A stretch of DNA of 64,000 bases from a virus (taxonomy: Duplodnaviria; Caudoviricetes): IMG/VR virus record IMGVR_UViG_3300037249_001405, positions 64,001 through 128,000 of that record. The stretch is one strand, 5' to 3'. The notes beneath the pieces were generated by a model. It made no database searches and had not been told where the DNA came from. It saw only the letters and a list, made by a program, of their open reading frames with translations. Below are positions 35,272 to 46,431 of the stretch, in pieces. How positions within the stretch are numbered: the first letter of the stretch is position 1; each line of letters starts with the position of its first letter. Made by a program: the position numbers and the translations under genes.

Positions 35272-37596
35272 TTATTTCTCAAAATCAAATCCGTATAATT
35301 CGTTTTCTTTTATATCGAATTTGTCAATCCAATCTAACTCTGTTTCTTTAAATACGCCATTAGTTTTGTATCCTTTATAAAGAACGGATGCTGTCCAATT
35401 GAAGATTACGTCATAAACTTCATTAACATCATCTTGATTCTTAAAGAATTCTTCTGCGAAAGCGGTAGGTAATGTGTTTATAACAATACCCCTTAATTCG
35501 TATTTATCGGCTATCTTTTCTAGTGTCTGATTTAATTTGCTTATTACGTTGAAGAAGCTTTGTGTATCAGATTGAACCATATCCGTTAATACTTTTGCAT
35601 AATCTGAATTAAAGCAACCAGATGTGTAGTTCAGACTTTCGTAACACATATTCACGATGTAATCAAACGATATGTTAGACAAATCACCAAAGATTAAATT
35701 TAGAAACTGTAGTGTTTGTGTAGTGTAATTATAAAAATCCGTGCTTTGACTTATTTTTGATTGTTTAAACTTAGTTGTGGGTGAAGGCGGATTTTTTGTT
35801 AGATTATCTAATATAGCTTTTAGGTCTTTTATATTAGATATTCCTGAAATCTGATATTGAGAAGTTGCTGAATTAAGCCTCTCCGTTACAGCGAGAGTTC
35901 TGAAGAATATCATACTTGTTGCTATGTGAATAGTATTCTTTAAAGAATTTAAAATAGCTTTCTTTATATCTGGGTTTTTATTATAAACCTCAGGTGTAAC
36001 CCAAGCTAATAATGGTAAACCATAGCTACAAAATGGCTTTAATCTTCTATTTATATTAATAGTGCTATCTTCAGATATTTTAAATTCTTGTCCGTTATTG
36101 CGAAATTCTTCAATAGTTTTTTCAGTAATTTTATTAAAGAAATCATCGATTACAAAATCACTTCCATCAAATAATTCACCTAAATCAATCAATGGAAGTT
36201 GAGGTTCCATTTCTGAATTGAGAATAGTTATAAGTGATGATGAATGTATTGAGTAATGACCGCTCTCATCCAAATCTTTTTGATAGAAATAATTAGGATG
36301 AAGGGTGTTTTGACATTTCTTATTAATTACATCAATTAATTCTGGTATAAACGTATCGGTTACGTAATTAACAAACTTGTCTTTTGTATTTAACTTATCT
36401 TCTTCTATTGCGTAAATTCCAGAATTATTATTGTCAAATTTAGCTAATTGACCTAAATTATAAAATATATGAACGGCTGTTTTTTTAGATAAACCACAAC
36501 CAGATCCTCCAGAAGCAATCGTTCTAGATTTTCTATTAGTCATTGATTCTGGTAATCTATAAAGAATAGAAGTACCTAATGCACAACTATTTTTATCCCC
36601 GTATTTGTAGCCACTCTTTTCATCAAAAACAAAATCAGGTTTATCCTTAACAATTACTTTTCCTAGATAAACAGCTTGAGCTTCAGCATTAAAGCCTTTT
36701 GGATCTTTAACGTAAGAACCGGTTATTTTTGATGGTATGGTATATATATGACCTATAACTAAATCATCTAGGTTTGTTATAAAATTACTTCTATCTAATA
36801 TTCTTTCACTCTTTTTTAGTATTCTACTAAAGTCAGAAATTTTAGACAATCTTTTAAATTCAGATTCACTAATGACACTATAGTAATAATCTTTCAGATT
36901 AAAAAGAGTTAATTGAGTTTCTCTATATCTATCATGAACGTATACAGCAGATGCTGAGACGTTAGACTTTTTATAGAATCTAAAACTTTCTGTGCATTTT
37001 CCACCTGAAATTAACGACGTATTATAAATTACATCATTAATATTACAAGAGCTAAATATTACAGCGGATTTTCTCTTTATTCCATTAGATATTGTTGTAT
37101 CTAAATCTTTTAGATCATTACAATCAATTTCTAGTAATAAAGCCTCTTCCATCCACGTCTCATATAAATATTCTTTATTAAAATTCGGAATATTTAATTT
37201 AATATTTTCATTTTTAATTTCTTTTACTGTTAGCAAATCTGGTAAATTAGAATTCTTTTTAAGAAATTCTTTTCCATTAATACTAACGTAAGTCACACCA
37301 CAGCCTCTAAGAAGAATTGAAATAATTTTTTCTATATTCTTACTTAAGTTAGAGTACTGTACTTCATCCATTATTAATCCGGGAGTATAATAAATATTAT
37401 CTCTATCATTAGATGGATGAGTCAGGGAAAAACCTGAAAAAATATTCTTTTTATTGGAAACCCCGTTTTTGTTATCACACATGATTTCTATAACTTTATC
37501 AAACCAAAGATCTGATATAGTTACGTAATATAATTTACTGGGGAACATGTCAAATTCCCCAGTAATCGTATTTGTTAACTTAGAAATTCTGCGCAT
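35272..37596 (-). CDS. Large hypothetical protein (GHxY paralog family)
   Basis: 774 aa; LVIGHIY...YLGKV...LIDLGE. Confidence 0.85.
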   Translation of the reverse strand: MRRISKLTNTITGEFDMFPSKLYYVTISDLWFDKVIEIMCDNKNGVSNKKNIFSGFSLTHPSNDRDNIYYTPGLIMDEVQYSNLSKNIEKIISILLRGCGVTYVSINGKEFLKKNSNLPDLLTVKEIKNENIKLNIPNFNKEYLYETWMEEALLLEIDCNDLKDLDTTISNGIKRKSAVIFSSCNINDVIYNTSLISGGKCTESFRFYKKSNVSASAVYVHDRYRETQLTLFNLKDYYYSVISESEFKRLSKISDFSRILKKSERILDRSNFITNLDDLVIGHIYTIPSKITGSYVKDPKGFNAEAQAVYLGKVIVKDKPDFVFDEKSGYKYGDKNSCALGTSILYRLPESMTNRKSRTIASGGSGCGLSKKTAVHIFYNLGQLAKFDNNNSGIYAIEEDKLNTKDKFVNYVTDTFIPELIDVINKKCQNTLHPNYFYQKDLDESGHYSIHSSSLITILNSEMEPQLPLIDLGELFDGSDFVIDDFFNKITEKTIEEFRNNGQEFKISEDSTININRRLKPFCSYGLPLLAWVTPEVYNKNPDIKKAILNSLKNTIHIATSMIFFRTLAVTERLNSATSQYQISGISNIKDLKAILDNLTKNPPSPTTKFKQSKISQSTDFYNYTTQTLQFLNLIFGDLSNISFDYIVNMCYESLNYTSGCFNSDYAKVLTDMVQSDTQSFFNVISKLNQTLEKIADKYELRGIVINTLPTAFAEEFFKNQDDVNEVYDVIFNWTASVLYKGYKTNGVFKETELDWIDKFDIKENELYGFDFEK

Positions 37597-39551
37597 TTTT
37601 TAAAATCAGATTCAGTTATTTTATATTTTTTAATGGTATCAAAAATACCATTATTTCTATATACTATATCGTCTTTCTGTGCTCCCTTACTTAGTTCATC
37701 GATGATGAGTCCTTTAAGGGTTTTCTTGCATGAGTAAATGTCTGAATTACCAGGCATTGTTGCCCAGAATATTTGAAGAGAGTCATTTAACCTTTTAAGT
37801 AATCCATCTTTAATTGATGTATACTCAGGTGCAAATACATTCTTATTAAATCTAGTTGTGTATTTACTGTTAACGATATAGTTAGAACAATCTATACAGT
37901 AAAGATATAGAACTTTTAATATTAAATCCGTTAAATTAGATTTGAGGTTATCAAAAGTAATTGGATCTAATTGATTTAATTCTTCTTCGCTGAAAAGATT
38001 ATAAGAATCAAGATTAACTACTCCAGATCCGCAATATCCGTAAATTGGACTTCCATCAGGTGCTGCTACGTATTGATTAAGTCTCTTAAAAGTAATTTCT
38101 CTATCCTTACCCTCAACTTTGAGCATAATATTTTTCATAAATTTCTTTACAGGAGACTCTATTTTAACATATTCACCTAAATCAGTTATTTCAGTATAAA
38201 TGTGATATCCAGTAGGTTTAGCTTTATCAGTTACAGTTTTCTTGAATCTTTCACTCTGATCCAATTGTAAATCGAATGAATGATTCTTCTTATCACTAGT
38301 TAATTCAGTTGCTGGTAGAACTATATACCTTGCATATGCATTACTATTACCTTTAATAGTTGAAAAAACTTCCGCTAAATGATCTGCGTATTCTTCTTCA
38401 GTCACTGAGCCACCAGACTCAACAATTGATTTTAATAGTAAATTATCATCTGGAATATAACTTCTGTTTACCAGTGAGAAAACATCTACTGGACAATTAA
38501 CACACATGCATGCCGACATACCGGGTCTGTATGTTGAAACCCCACCCAATCTTGCTGATAAAGTTTTATCTTTAGTCCATTCGTTTATTTCAGGCATATC
38601 GTAAATATCAGTAAATAAACCGCTTCTCATTAAACTATAATGTGTTGTTAGAGTATATCTTCCTAAGTCTATTCTACCAAGATATAATAGATCATTAAAA
38701 CCCATTCCATAGTAATAACTAGTACCTCTGAGCAATGAATAAGAAGACTTTTCCTGAAATCTATATATGTGTCCAGGTTTGTACTCTTCACCAGCTAAGA
38801 CCTTATTAGAACTATTTTTCCCAAGCTTTACAGCTAGTCTAAGCGTTGTATCCTTCTCTGATTGGAAATAGCTTTCAGGAATAAATTCTACTCTAGAACT
38901 AATATACAGCGAGGGACTACCAACATTACTCACCGTAGGAGATATTATTCTCACTGATTCTGAACTTTGTCCATATATTAATGGCTTTTTGAATGTACTC
39001 AAAAAACAGTTAAGAAAATTCATCTTTACAAGAGTCACTATATAAACGTTAGGATAATCTTGTAAATCATATTCACATTTCGCAAATATTTTATCCCTAA
39101 GTTCAGGGTGCGATAGCTGAACAATGTAATAATCTTCACTAGAACATGAAGACCCACCAGAGTCTGGAGAATCACAGCCAGTACTATAAACATCCTGTCT
39201 AGTTAGTATTTCTTCTATACGCCAACCCTCATTTTTTAGGTCAATAGTTTGTAGATTATTACAGCTAGACCTAACTAATTGCACTATTAAATTATTACTA
39301 CTTGTAGTCTTTTTCTTTACTAGTTCAAAAAATGATTTATCAACAGGATTAATATAAATACAAATCATATCATCCTTTTTAATAAATACATTATCGCTAT
39401 TTCTTAACGACAAACTAGTTTTTTCCAAGAAAGCACTCATCTCTCTCTTCCTATCAGATATGTAATCTTCTAGGACTTTTTTAGTCGCTGGAACAGAAAC
39501 TGTTACAGTTTCTGGTATAAATGATGTTCCACTTGTAAGTTCTGATATCAT
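37575..39551 (-). CDS. Large hypothetical protein (GHxY paralog family)
   Basis: YKPGHIY...YLGRI...ITDLGE; start adjusted to MISELT. Confidence 0.85.
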   Translation of the reverse strand: MISELTSGTSFIPETVTVSVPATKKVLEDYISDRKREMSAFLEKTSLSLRNSDNVFIKKDDMICIYINPVDKSFFELVKKKTTSSNNLIVQLVRSSCNNLQTIDLKNEGWRIEEILTRQDVYSTGCDSPDSGGSSCSSEDYYIVQLSHPELRDKIFAKCEYDLQDYPNVYIVTLVKMNFLNCFLSTFKKPLIYGQSSESVRIISPTVSNVGSPSLYISSRVEFIPESYFQSEKDTTLRLAVKLGKNSSNKVLAGEEYKPGHIYRFQEKSSYSLLRGTSYYYGMGFNDLLYLGRIDLGRYTLTTHYSLMRSGLFTDIYDMPEINEWTKDKTLSARLGGVSTYRPGMSACMCVNCPVDVFSLVNRSYIPDDNLLLKSIVESGGSVTEEEYADHLAEVFSTIKGNSNAYARYIVLPATELTSDKKNHSFDLQLDQSERFKKTVTDKAKPTGYHIYTEITDLGEYVKIESPVKKFMKNIMLKVEGKDREITFKRLNQYVAAPDGSPIYGYCGSGVVNLDSYNLFSEEELNQLDPITFDNLKSNLTDLILKVLYLYCIDCSNYIVNSKYTTRFNKNVFAPEYTSIKDGLLKRLNDSLQIFWATMPGNSDIYSCKKTLKGLIIDELSKGAQKDDIVYRNNGIFDTIKKYKITESDFKKCAEFLS

Positions 39552-39647
39552 ACTTATATAATTTATCTTTGCTAAAACGTTATTTATCAACTGTAAGAAT
39601 TTCAAGCTCTAATTAATAACAAACTAAATATTTAAATACTTGATAAT

Positions 39648-39968
39648 ATGGCTGTTATGACAAAAAAAGAATTAAGAGAGGATATTAAAACCTTTCTTAA
39701 ATTATTAGGGAAGAGAATAGCGGTAATTTTTAATACAGCATTCTTGTTTTACATTATGACGGATATATTTAATATTATATCCACAAGAGGTAATCTTAGT
39801 TTCCAGGATTTCTTTACAAATCCGGAGAAAGGAAAGTATTGGCTATTAACGATTATTTTTAGTGTACTTTCCGGTTATTTTCATCCAGAGAGATTCAAAT
39901 CAATTGATTGGTTTTGGATTATTATATTCTGGATTTTAACATTAACCGGATTCTGCATTGTTTATTAA
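39648..39968 (+). CDS. Three-TM membrane protein
   Basis: Three hydrophobic segments in 106 aa. Confidence 0.75.
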   Translation: MAVMTKKELREDIKTFLKLLGKRIAVIFNTAFLFYIMTDIFNIISTRGNLSFQDFFTNPEKGKYWLLTIIFSVLSGYFHPERFKSIDWFWIIIFWILTLTGFCIVY

Positions 39969-39986
39969 AGAGTATAAAAAGCCGTT

Positions 39987-40059
39987 AAATCCTTAATTAA
40001 GAGAAGATATAAACAGAATAAGTTTATATCTTCTTTTTATTTTTCAAAATATTAATAAC
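39987..40059 (+). promoter_or_regulatory. Promoter-hairpin-U-tract leader, copy 5
   Basis: AAATCCTTAATTAAG; AGAAGATATAAAC-AGAATAA-GTTTATATCTTCT; TTTTATTTTTC. Confidence 0.8.
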
Positions 40060-40082
40060 TTTTAATTTAATCTATATTTATT

Positions 40083-41066
40083 ATGGCATATCTCAACCAT
40101 ATGCTTGCCGTATTCCCGGAGGAAATAGCCAAGCAAAATAAGTCAAGGAACTTTAGTAAGCTTCCCAGACAAATTAGTCTATTCAAAATGGTCAAAGTTA
40201 TGACCAATGGACAGACTGGTAGTTACTCAAAAATGAGTAAATACCAAAGGAACGCTTTTAAATCGTTCCTCACGAGAATGAGAGAAGCATTTGGATCAGA
40301 CGTTAAGTTTGATGGTAAACGCTATTTTCTCTTTTCAAGAGAAATCACAGCTGATGAATGGATTAAAGCCACAAAGGCTGATGTACCATTCTATGGTCGT
40401 GGTTCAAGGAATTATGGAGAGCCAGCTCTTCGTGATTCTATTAATAGAATTCTCGACTATGTAATCGAGAATGACGAGAGTGTAATAACTATTGATCAAC
40501 TCAATCTTATTACACTTGGAACAAACTGTGCTTCACTCATAAATGATCATGGAATGAAGTATGGTAAAGAAAGCTTTCAAACTTTCCAAGTTTTGTTTGA
40601 CAAACTCGGTTTGAAAGCTACTGTAAAAGAAACAAAACCCATTTTTGCAGAATCTCTGGTAGAAGAAATGCCGGAGTATTACAAAAGGGATTGGTCTTCC
40701 TTTACATCGACTCAGTTGATCCTTGAGTACAAGGACATTGAGCAAGTAAAGAAAGCGAAGGAAAACCTCAAAGGAATGAAAATTCTCGGAGGTTATTTTC
40801 GCAAGAAAATTGTAATGTCAGCCGAAGACGGCAAGAACATTACAATTGACGTAACTGCTAAAATGGTAAGGGAGGCTACAGATAAAGCTGAACTTATCTG
40901 TCACGATGTGGATGCAGTTAAGCAGGTTTTGATAGAGAATATGATCTACCAAAATACATTCAAACTTGCTGAACAAGTAAAAGATAAGCTTGAGAAGAAA
41001 ATCAAGCAGTTCGAAAAGCAGCAAGAAGAACTCGAAAAATATATTACAGCCGTTACTAATTCATAA
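40083..41066 (+). CDS. Hypothetical protein, C-terminal coiled coil
   Basis: 327-aa ORF. Confidence 0.85.
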   Translation: MAYLNHMLAVFPEEIAKQNKSRNFSKLPRQISLFKMVKVMTNGQTGSYSKMSKYQRNAFKSFLTRMREAFGSDVKFDGKRYFLFSREITADEWIKATKADVPFYGRGSRNYGEPALRDSINRILDYVIENDESVITIDQLNLITLGTNCASLINDHGMKYGKESFQTFQVLFDKLGLKATVKETKPIFAESLVEEMPEYYKRDWSSFTSTQLILEYKDIEQVKKAKENLKGMKILGGYFRKKIVMSAEDGKNITIDVTAKMVREATDKAELICHDVDAVKQVLIENMIYQNTFKLAEQVKDKLEKKIKQFEKQQEELEKYITAVTNS

Positions 41067-41142
41067 CGGCTGTAATTCAAAATAAAAAAAAAAAGAAAGA
41101 CGAAATTTTATAATCGTCTTTCTTTTTTTTATTCATTATAAA

Positions 41143-41403
41143 CTACTTCTTTTTCTTTTTTGGAATAGGAGTAGTTCTTTTTTGTGTTGTATTAATTCTA
41201 CGAACAATACGTCCTTGTGATAAATCATATGCGGAGATTGATACTTCAACTTTATCACCTACCGTTACATTTATCTTGGCATTAGTCATTCTACCAGATA
41301 CTGTACAGGTGCATTCATGTCCGTTTGCTAATTGAACCTGAAATTTACCGTAACCATGTGTAGCAACAACCTCACCCTCTTTTATTATCTCGGTATTTTT
41401 CAT
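41143..41403 (-). CDS. infA: Translation initiation factor IF-1
   Basis: EGEVV...FQVQLANGH...SGRM...GDKVEVSISAYDLSQGRIVRR. Confidence 0.93.
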   Translation of the reverse strand: MKNTEIIKEGEVVATHGYGKFQVQLANGHECTCTVSGRMTNAKINVTVGDKVEVSISAYDLSQGRIVRRINTTQKRTTPIPKKKKK

Positions 41404-43217
41404 TTCTGTTCGGATTTTTTCTCCTCAGTTGGTTGATTGTTATCAACATCAATTGAGATTTGTGTCTTATAGAATTTTCTACTGAGAATATTTGCTTTTA
41501 ATGTATCTGAAATATTCTCCTTTCCAAGATAATTCTTAATGTCGTTATAAGTAATTACCATATTTGCTCTAATTATCTTACCAGATGTAGCCTTATCATA
41601 CGGATTCTTAACTATATTGTAGTTTTGAACTCCTATACCATTAAATATAATAGCATTATTTACCATTTCACCAATTACTTTTGCGAGTTCGTCACCGTAA
41701 GTAATATTAGTGTCACTAGGTAATTCAACGCCGTTTTTGAATACATCTTCATCTACTTTTATATTGCAAGTGATAGGTGTATTTGAAATATAAGGTATAT
41801 TAGAGTAATTAACATAACGATCGTAATTCTCCCAGTTAGCAAATATAAAGGATGTTTGATCCTTTACTTCACTCTTAACTTTTGTAAACAAATCATTAAA
41901 GTTAACAATATGTGAATTTAGATAACTTAATGCTGTTTCATAAGAGTTACTATGCTTTAGAAGTCTGCTAATAAATAGAGCAGATTTCTTAATCACAGAA
42001 ATAGACTCTATCGGGAGATCATATGAAATTGATGGATTTAGTAGATCAGGATCGAATAGTATAAATTCCTTCAACCTTTCTTCAAGAACCCTCTTAAGTA
42101 ATTCAGTAATTTCTGGAACTACGTCTTCAGTTGTGGGATTCTTCAGTGAAGATAGGTATAACAAATTCTCAACTACATCTCCATACTGACCGGATTCGCA
42201 GTTTAGAATTGAAGGAACGGATTCCCTATGCTTAAATTCACCAAATCCAAACGCTTTGACTGTATTCTCAGCTAATTTATTTAGGTCAAGGGGATTATTG
42301 TTAATCTCATCTTCACTAAATACTTTATCTACTTCAAAAGCAGGATATACTTCAGTTGTAGGAATCATCTGAATTGAATAATCATTGAGATCATCATATA
42401 CATCGATGAACCTATCATTCAGTGACTTAAAGTCTGGACAGTTATCCTTTATTGTGAAATAAACACTACAAAAATCCGAAGTAATAGAATCGAAAGTTAC
42501 ATAAGGGTTATTGGTATTGTTTAAAATATCAACAACTGATTTTACGAAACTACATTCATTATTTGGTTTCTTTGTAGCCTTTTCTGCATCTAAACCTTCT
42601 TTAAGAAGTTTATCAGCATCCTCACCTATATCATATTTACCTATAATAGTAAACTGATTACCAAGTGAATCAACGTATTTATGACCCAGCTTCCAACTCT
42701 TTGTTCTCTTGGAACCAAAAGCTGCGGCTGTAGAAAATATCATATACTTACTTCCGTTTTTTAGAGCGGATTTGTATACATCGCCAAGATCTCTATTCAA
42801 GAAAAATGGGACTCCTATGCATTTTTGATTAAATGCTATACAAACCCCACTATAACTATCATCGGATTGTCTCGTAGATAATCTAGACAATTCCGATAAA
42901 CAATTATAAAAATATGTAGATGATCTTGTATCAATAAAATCAAATATACACTCTAACCAAGCTCCTTTACCAATATTGCTTGATGAAATTAAGTATTTAT
43001 CGCCATCAATTTTAAACTTAATGTTAAAATTTGCTATTGTCTTTGTACTCGTCGAGGAAAGACAATTTTTTACACCATTACCTTTCAGATTATCACAATA
43101 GGCTTTAGTTACCTTTGGAATATCCCAATCTGGCGTAATTACAACTTTATTATCAGGTCCTATATATACTACAAGACTCTGTGGTACAAACAAATCGTTC
43201 TTTAATTCGTTAATCAT
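41400..43217 (-). CDS. Large hypothetical protein (GHxY paralog family, distant)
   Basis: 605 aa; WKLGHKY...IIGKY. Confidence 0.8.
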   Translation of the reverse strand: MINELKNDLFVPQSLVVYIGPDNKVVITPDWDIPKVTKAYCDNLKGNGVKNCLSSTSTKTIANFNIKFKIDGDKYLISSSNIGKGAWLECIFDFIDTRSSTYFYNCLSELSRLSTRQSDDSYSGVCIAFNQKCIGVPFFLNRDLGDVYKSALKNGSKYMIFSTAAAFGSKRTKSWKLGHKYVDSLGNQFTIIGKYDIGEDADKLLKEGLDAEKATKKPNNECSFVKSVVDILNNTNNPYVTFDSITSDFCSVYFTIKDNCPDFKSLNDRFIDVYDDLNDYSIQMIPTTEVYPAFEVDKVFSEDEINNNPLDLNKLAENTVKAFGFGEFKHRESVPSILNCESGQYGDVVENLLYLSSLKNPTTEDVVPEITELLKRVLEERLKEFILFDPDLLNPSISYDLPIESISVIKKSALFISRLLKHSNSYETALSYLNSHIVNFNDLFTKVKSEVKDQTSFIFANWENYDRYVNYSNIPYISNTPITCNIKVDEDVFKNGVELPSDTNITYGDELAKVIGEMVNNAIIFNGIGVQNYNIVKNPYDKATSGKIIRANMVITYNDIKNYLGKENISDTLKANILSRKFYKTQISIDVDNNQPTEEKKSEQK

Positions 43218-43768
43218 AACTTTTTATTTAGTTCGTTTGTTATTTTTATTTTGCTTTTTACTGAGTTAAATTTAAATTTGGTACATCCCTTTAATACCTC
43301 TATAGCCAAAGTTCGTCCTCTTTCTAAGGATACTTTTAAATCATTTACTACTTCTGGAAATCGATTTTTTATTTCATCAACCCCAAGATTCATTGTATTG
43401 TCCTTTTGGAGAATCTTATCTACCTCAGAATCAATATCTTCCTCCTCTATGAGAGTTACGAGGGCTTGGTCATACTTTCTTTGTTTTACGTTAGGATTTA
43501 ATAATCCCCTACAAATAAACAAATGACCATTACTTATTTTAACCGCCTCACTCAATTGGGGAATTTCCAGACATTCCCTATTAAATCGAATTTCTACAAA
43601 TTCTTCTAAAGAATTACATACTTCTTTATCTACTATATTAGAAGTGCGGGTAGCCGAGACAAAACCCTGTTCATAATCAGGTAGTGTTGTATTTACTCGG
43701 CTAGCCGCAGCTTTCAATGCCGCAACTAATTCGCTGCTTAGCTTACTTGGATCCTTTCGTCTTCCCAT
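43214..43768 (-). CDS. Hypothetical protein
   Basis: 184-aa ORF in operon. Confidence 0.8.
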   Translation of the reverse strand: MGRRKDPSKLSSELVAALKAAASRVNTTLPDYEQGFVSATRTSNIVDKEVCNSLEEFVEIRFNRECLEIPQLSEAVKISNGHLFICRGLLNPNVKQRKYDQALVTLIEEEDIDSEVDKILQKDNTMNLGVDEIKNRFPEVVNDLKVSLERGRTLAIEVLKGCTKFKFNSVKSKIKITNELNKKL

Positions 43769-43770
43769 AT

Positions 43771-44448
43771 TTACAAAGTTTCTATTACAGGGTTTAGTCC
43801 TAATATGTTTTTAATAAACACTACTTTATTTACAATAACATTCATGTCGTATGGTGTTATTGTAAATTCTTTCAACAGAATTCTGTTATTATCTTTAACA
43901 GTGAAGTCAATCTTTTGGTCAGAGTATAGACTATTTTCTATTACATAATCACCGTCTCCTATTGAAGGATTATTTATATATAACATATTATAGGAATAGT
44001 CTAATTTGCCTGAAATAAGAACTCTAGATTTATGAGAAACATTATGAATGAATTTGGTTGCAGTAGGTTTCTTAAATACCCTCCAATTACCAAGATATAG
44101 TTGTTTATCACTATTCTCTACTAATTGTTGCCTAATATCATTCTCCTGGTCTTTAAATCTATTTTCAAGATAAAATCCATTAATTAAATCGATTTTATCC
44201 GTTGATCGAGAACCATACCTACTGTATTCTCTTGTATTTTTAAAAAGAGATACTGGGATATTCTCATTATTTATTTCTAGCATTAAATAATTAATGCCAT
44301 TTGAAAGATCTCGTATAGATACTGAACCGGTTGGAACAGTTGATTTAATCACTGCAAATTCAGTGTTTAGTAAAACCACACTACGATCCTTCAAAGAATC
44401 TTTAATCTCTTTACGATATATATCGAATGTTATTGGAAATATTTTCAT
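43771..44448 (-). CDS. Hypothetical protein
   Basis: 225-aa ORF in operon. Confidence 0.8.
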   Translation of the reverse strand: MKIFPITFDIYRKEIKDSLKDRSVVLLNTEFAVIKSTVPTGSVSIRDLSNGINYLMLEINNENIPVSLFKNTREYSRYGSRSTDKIDLINGFYLENRFKDQENDIRQQLVENSDKQLYLGNWRVFKKPTATKFIHNVSHKSRVLISGKLDYSYNMLYINNPSIGDGDYVIENSLYSDQKIDFTVKDNNRILLKEFTITPYDMNVIVNKVVFIKNILGLNPVIETL

Positions 44449-44451
44449 TTG

Positions 44452-46176
44452 TTATTCACAAGTGCAATAGTTAATATAAACAGGATTAGAATAAATTAGT
44501 CTATCAATCCAATCATTACCCATAGCTTTTTGACAGCAATCAAGTACTGTACAAATAAAGTTATGTTCATCATCCTCTAATGAATTTTTATATTTGTTCA
44601 TTAGTGGAAGTAATTCGGAGAATTTGAACCAGTAATACTGAATACCATTTACTTCAACTTTTTCAAAGTACTTAGTATTAGTTACATCAGCTAATTTGGC
44701 TAATTCTGGAAATTTTCCACCAAAAACAGTACCCAAATCAGTTAAATAAGTATCTAATGCTCCTTGAATTCCGGATGAAATTTCTGGATCATCTACTTTA
44801 CCTGAATCAATATCCTCTAAAGTTATATTTCTCATACTATAAGCGCGAGCTTCATCTTTTAGGGAAAGAATGATACTCTTCATTAAATCCTTTCTCTTCT
44901 GTTCGTCGTCACTTACAGCCGTAATTCTATTAACAAGAATATATCTTCCGTCAAAACTGTTGATAGAACTTGTCTTTACAGAACAAGAGAAGTATACTTT
45001 ACTGCCGTCGAATCTAACACCGAAATTATAAGATCTATCTTTACAATCAATGTTTTTGTATCGAGTCTCTATTACAGGACAGTTCAATGTATAATCGAAT
45101 ACTGTTACTGGACTATTAACCCAACCTTCTACATCTAACTGATAATCAAATATTGTTAATCCAGTATCTTTATCTATAGTTTTTATAAATTCTGAATCAA
45201 CTGATCTTGTCATATTAAATGAGTTTTCAGCTACGTCAGAGAATAAAGAAACCTCAGAAGAGAGTTGAGCCCTAATCAATTTAGCATCACTAGGAGATGT
45301 TTTACCCATATAATCTTTTATTAACATGTCACAGGTTAGTGTTACATTCTCATCAGCAACTTTATCTAACACTATACCATGTTTAACAAGACTATCGTAA
45401 ACCTCACGATTACTACCTTCTGATACTGGGTAAATTTCTGAATACTGTCCTAAAATGAAATCTGCTAACGTTTCATCATTTTCTAGTACATTCTTTTCCA
45501 TGTAATCAGAATTACTTGCAGATACTGAATCAACTACAATAAAATCATCCGTATCTAATCTACGTTCCTTTATCATAGTTTCATAATAACTATCACCATC
45601 TCCTGGATCTATTAAACCTGCATTAACTAGCGTTTTAAATATTACATCAGGGTCAATTGTATTAATAGATAGAAAAGTATCAACTACTCTATCAAAAGTA
45701 AATACAACATCATCAAGACGAAAATATCTCAATAACAATAATCTAAGAGGCTTAACAGATTCTACATAATACTTAATCAATAATCTCTTGGATTCCTCTA
45801 ATTCCTTTTTGTTATGAAATTTGAAGATTCTTGCAAGATATATTGAATTACTGTATGGATTTACGTCGTAAATCAAAAGAGATAATGCATAATTAATTTT
45901 CTCAATGATTGTATAATGATCACTGGAAAAGTAAAATCCTCTCTTACTATCATAATCATCCTCATTAGCATTATTAACATAGAGTACATTATTTATTACT
46001 CTACATTCAAGCTGTGGATAATCATGGATATCTAATTTATCCGGTAGTTTCCTTTGAGAAAGAATGCATACGTGGTCAGAAGAAGAATTACCATGTCTGG
46101 TTCTCCATCTAACCTTCATACCCGGTATATACTCAATACCAAGCTCCTTTAAGTAATTTTTAATAATATTTATCAT
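44452..46176 (-). CDS. Hypothetical protein
   Basis: 574-aa ORF. Confidence 0.85.
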   Translation of the reverse strand: MINIIKNYLKELGIEYIPGMKVRWRTRHGNSSSDHVCILSQRKLPDKLDIHDYPQLECRVINNVLYVNNANEDDYDSKRGFYFSSDHYTIIEKINYALSLLIYDVNPYSNSIYLARIFKFHNKKELEESKRLLIKYYVESVKPLRLLLLRYFRLDDVVFTFDRVVDTFLSINTIDPDVIFKTLVNAGLIDPGDGDSYYETMIKERRLDTDDFIVVDSVSASNSDYMEKNVLENDETLADFILGQYSEIYPVSEGSNREVYDSLVKHGIVLDKVADENVTLTCDMLIKDYMGKTSPSDAKLIRAQLSSEVSLFSDVAENSFNMTRSVDSEFIKTIDKDTGLTIFDYQLDVEGWVNSPVTVFDYTLNCPVIETRYKNIDCKDRSYNFGVRFDGSKVYFSCSVKTSSINSFDGRYILVNRITAVSDDEQKRKDLMKSIILSLKDEARAYSMRNITLEDIDSGKVDDPEISSGIQGALDTYLTDLGTVFGGKFPELAKLADVTNTKYFEKVEVNGIQYYWFKFSELLPLMNKYKNSLEDDEHNFICTVLDCCQKAMGNDWIDRLIYSNPVYINYCTCE

Positions 46177-46431
46177 AATTTTGGAATTTTTTACTGGTTT
46201 ATACCATTTGTAAGAAAATCAAGGTTTCCTGTTATCAATAACTGAAAGCCTTATTAATGAAAGCTAAATTTTTAATAAAAAACTAAAGAACATTAAGATA
46301 AACAACATCTTTTTGTTCTTTTAATTTTTCTACTAAAAATTTACCGCATTTTCCTCTAGTATACGTTAGAGATTGTTAAACGATACTTGGTGACTATACC
46401 ATCAATTATCATCAAAAAACTACTTCTTATT

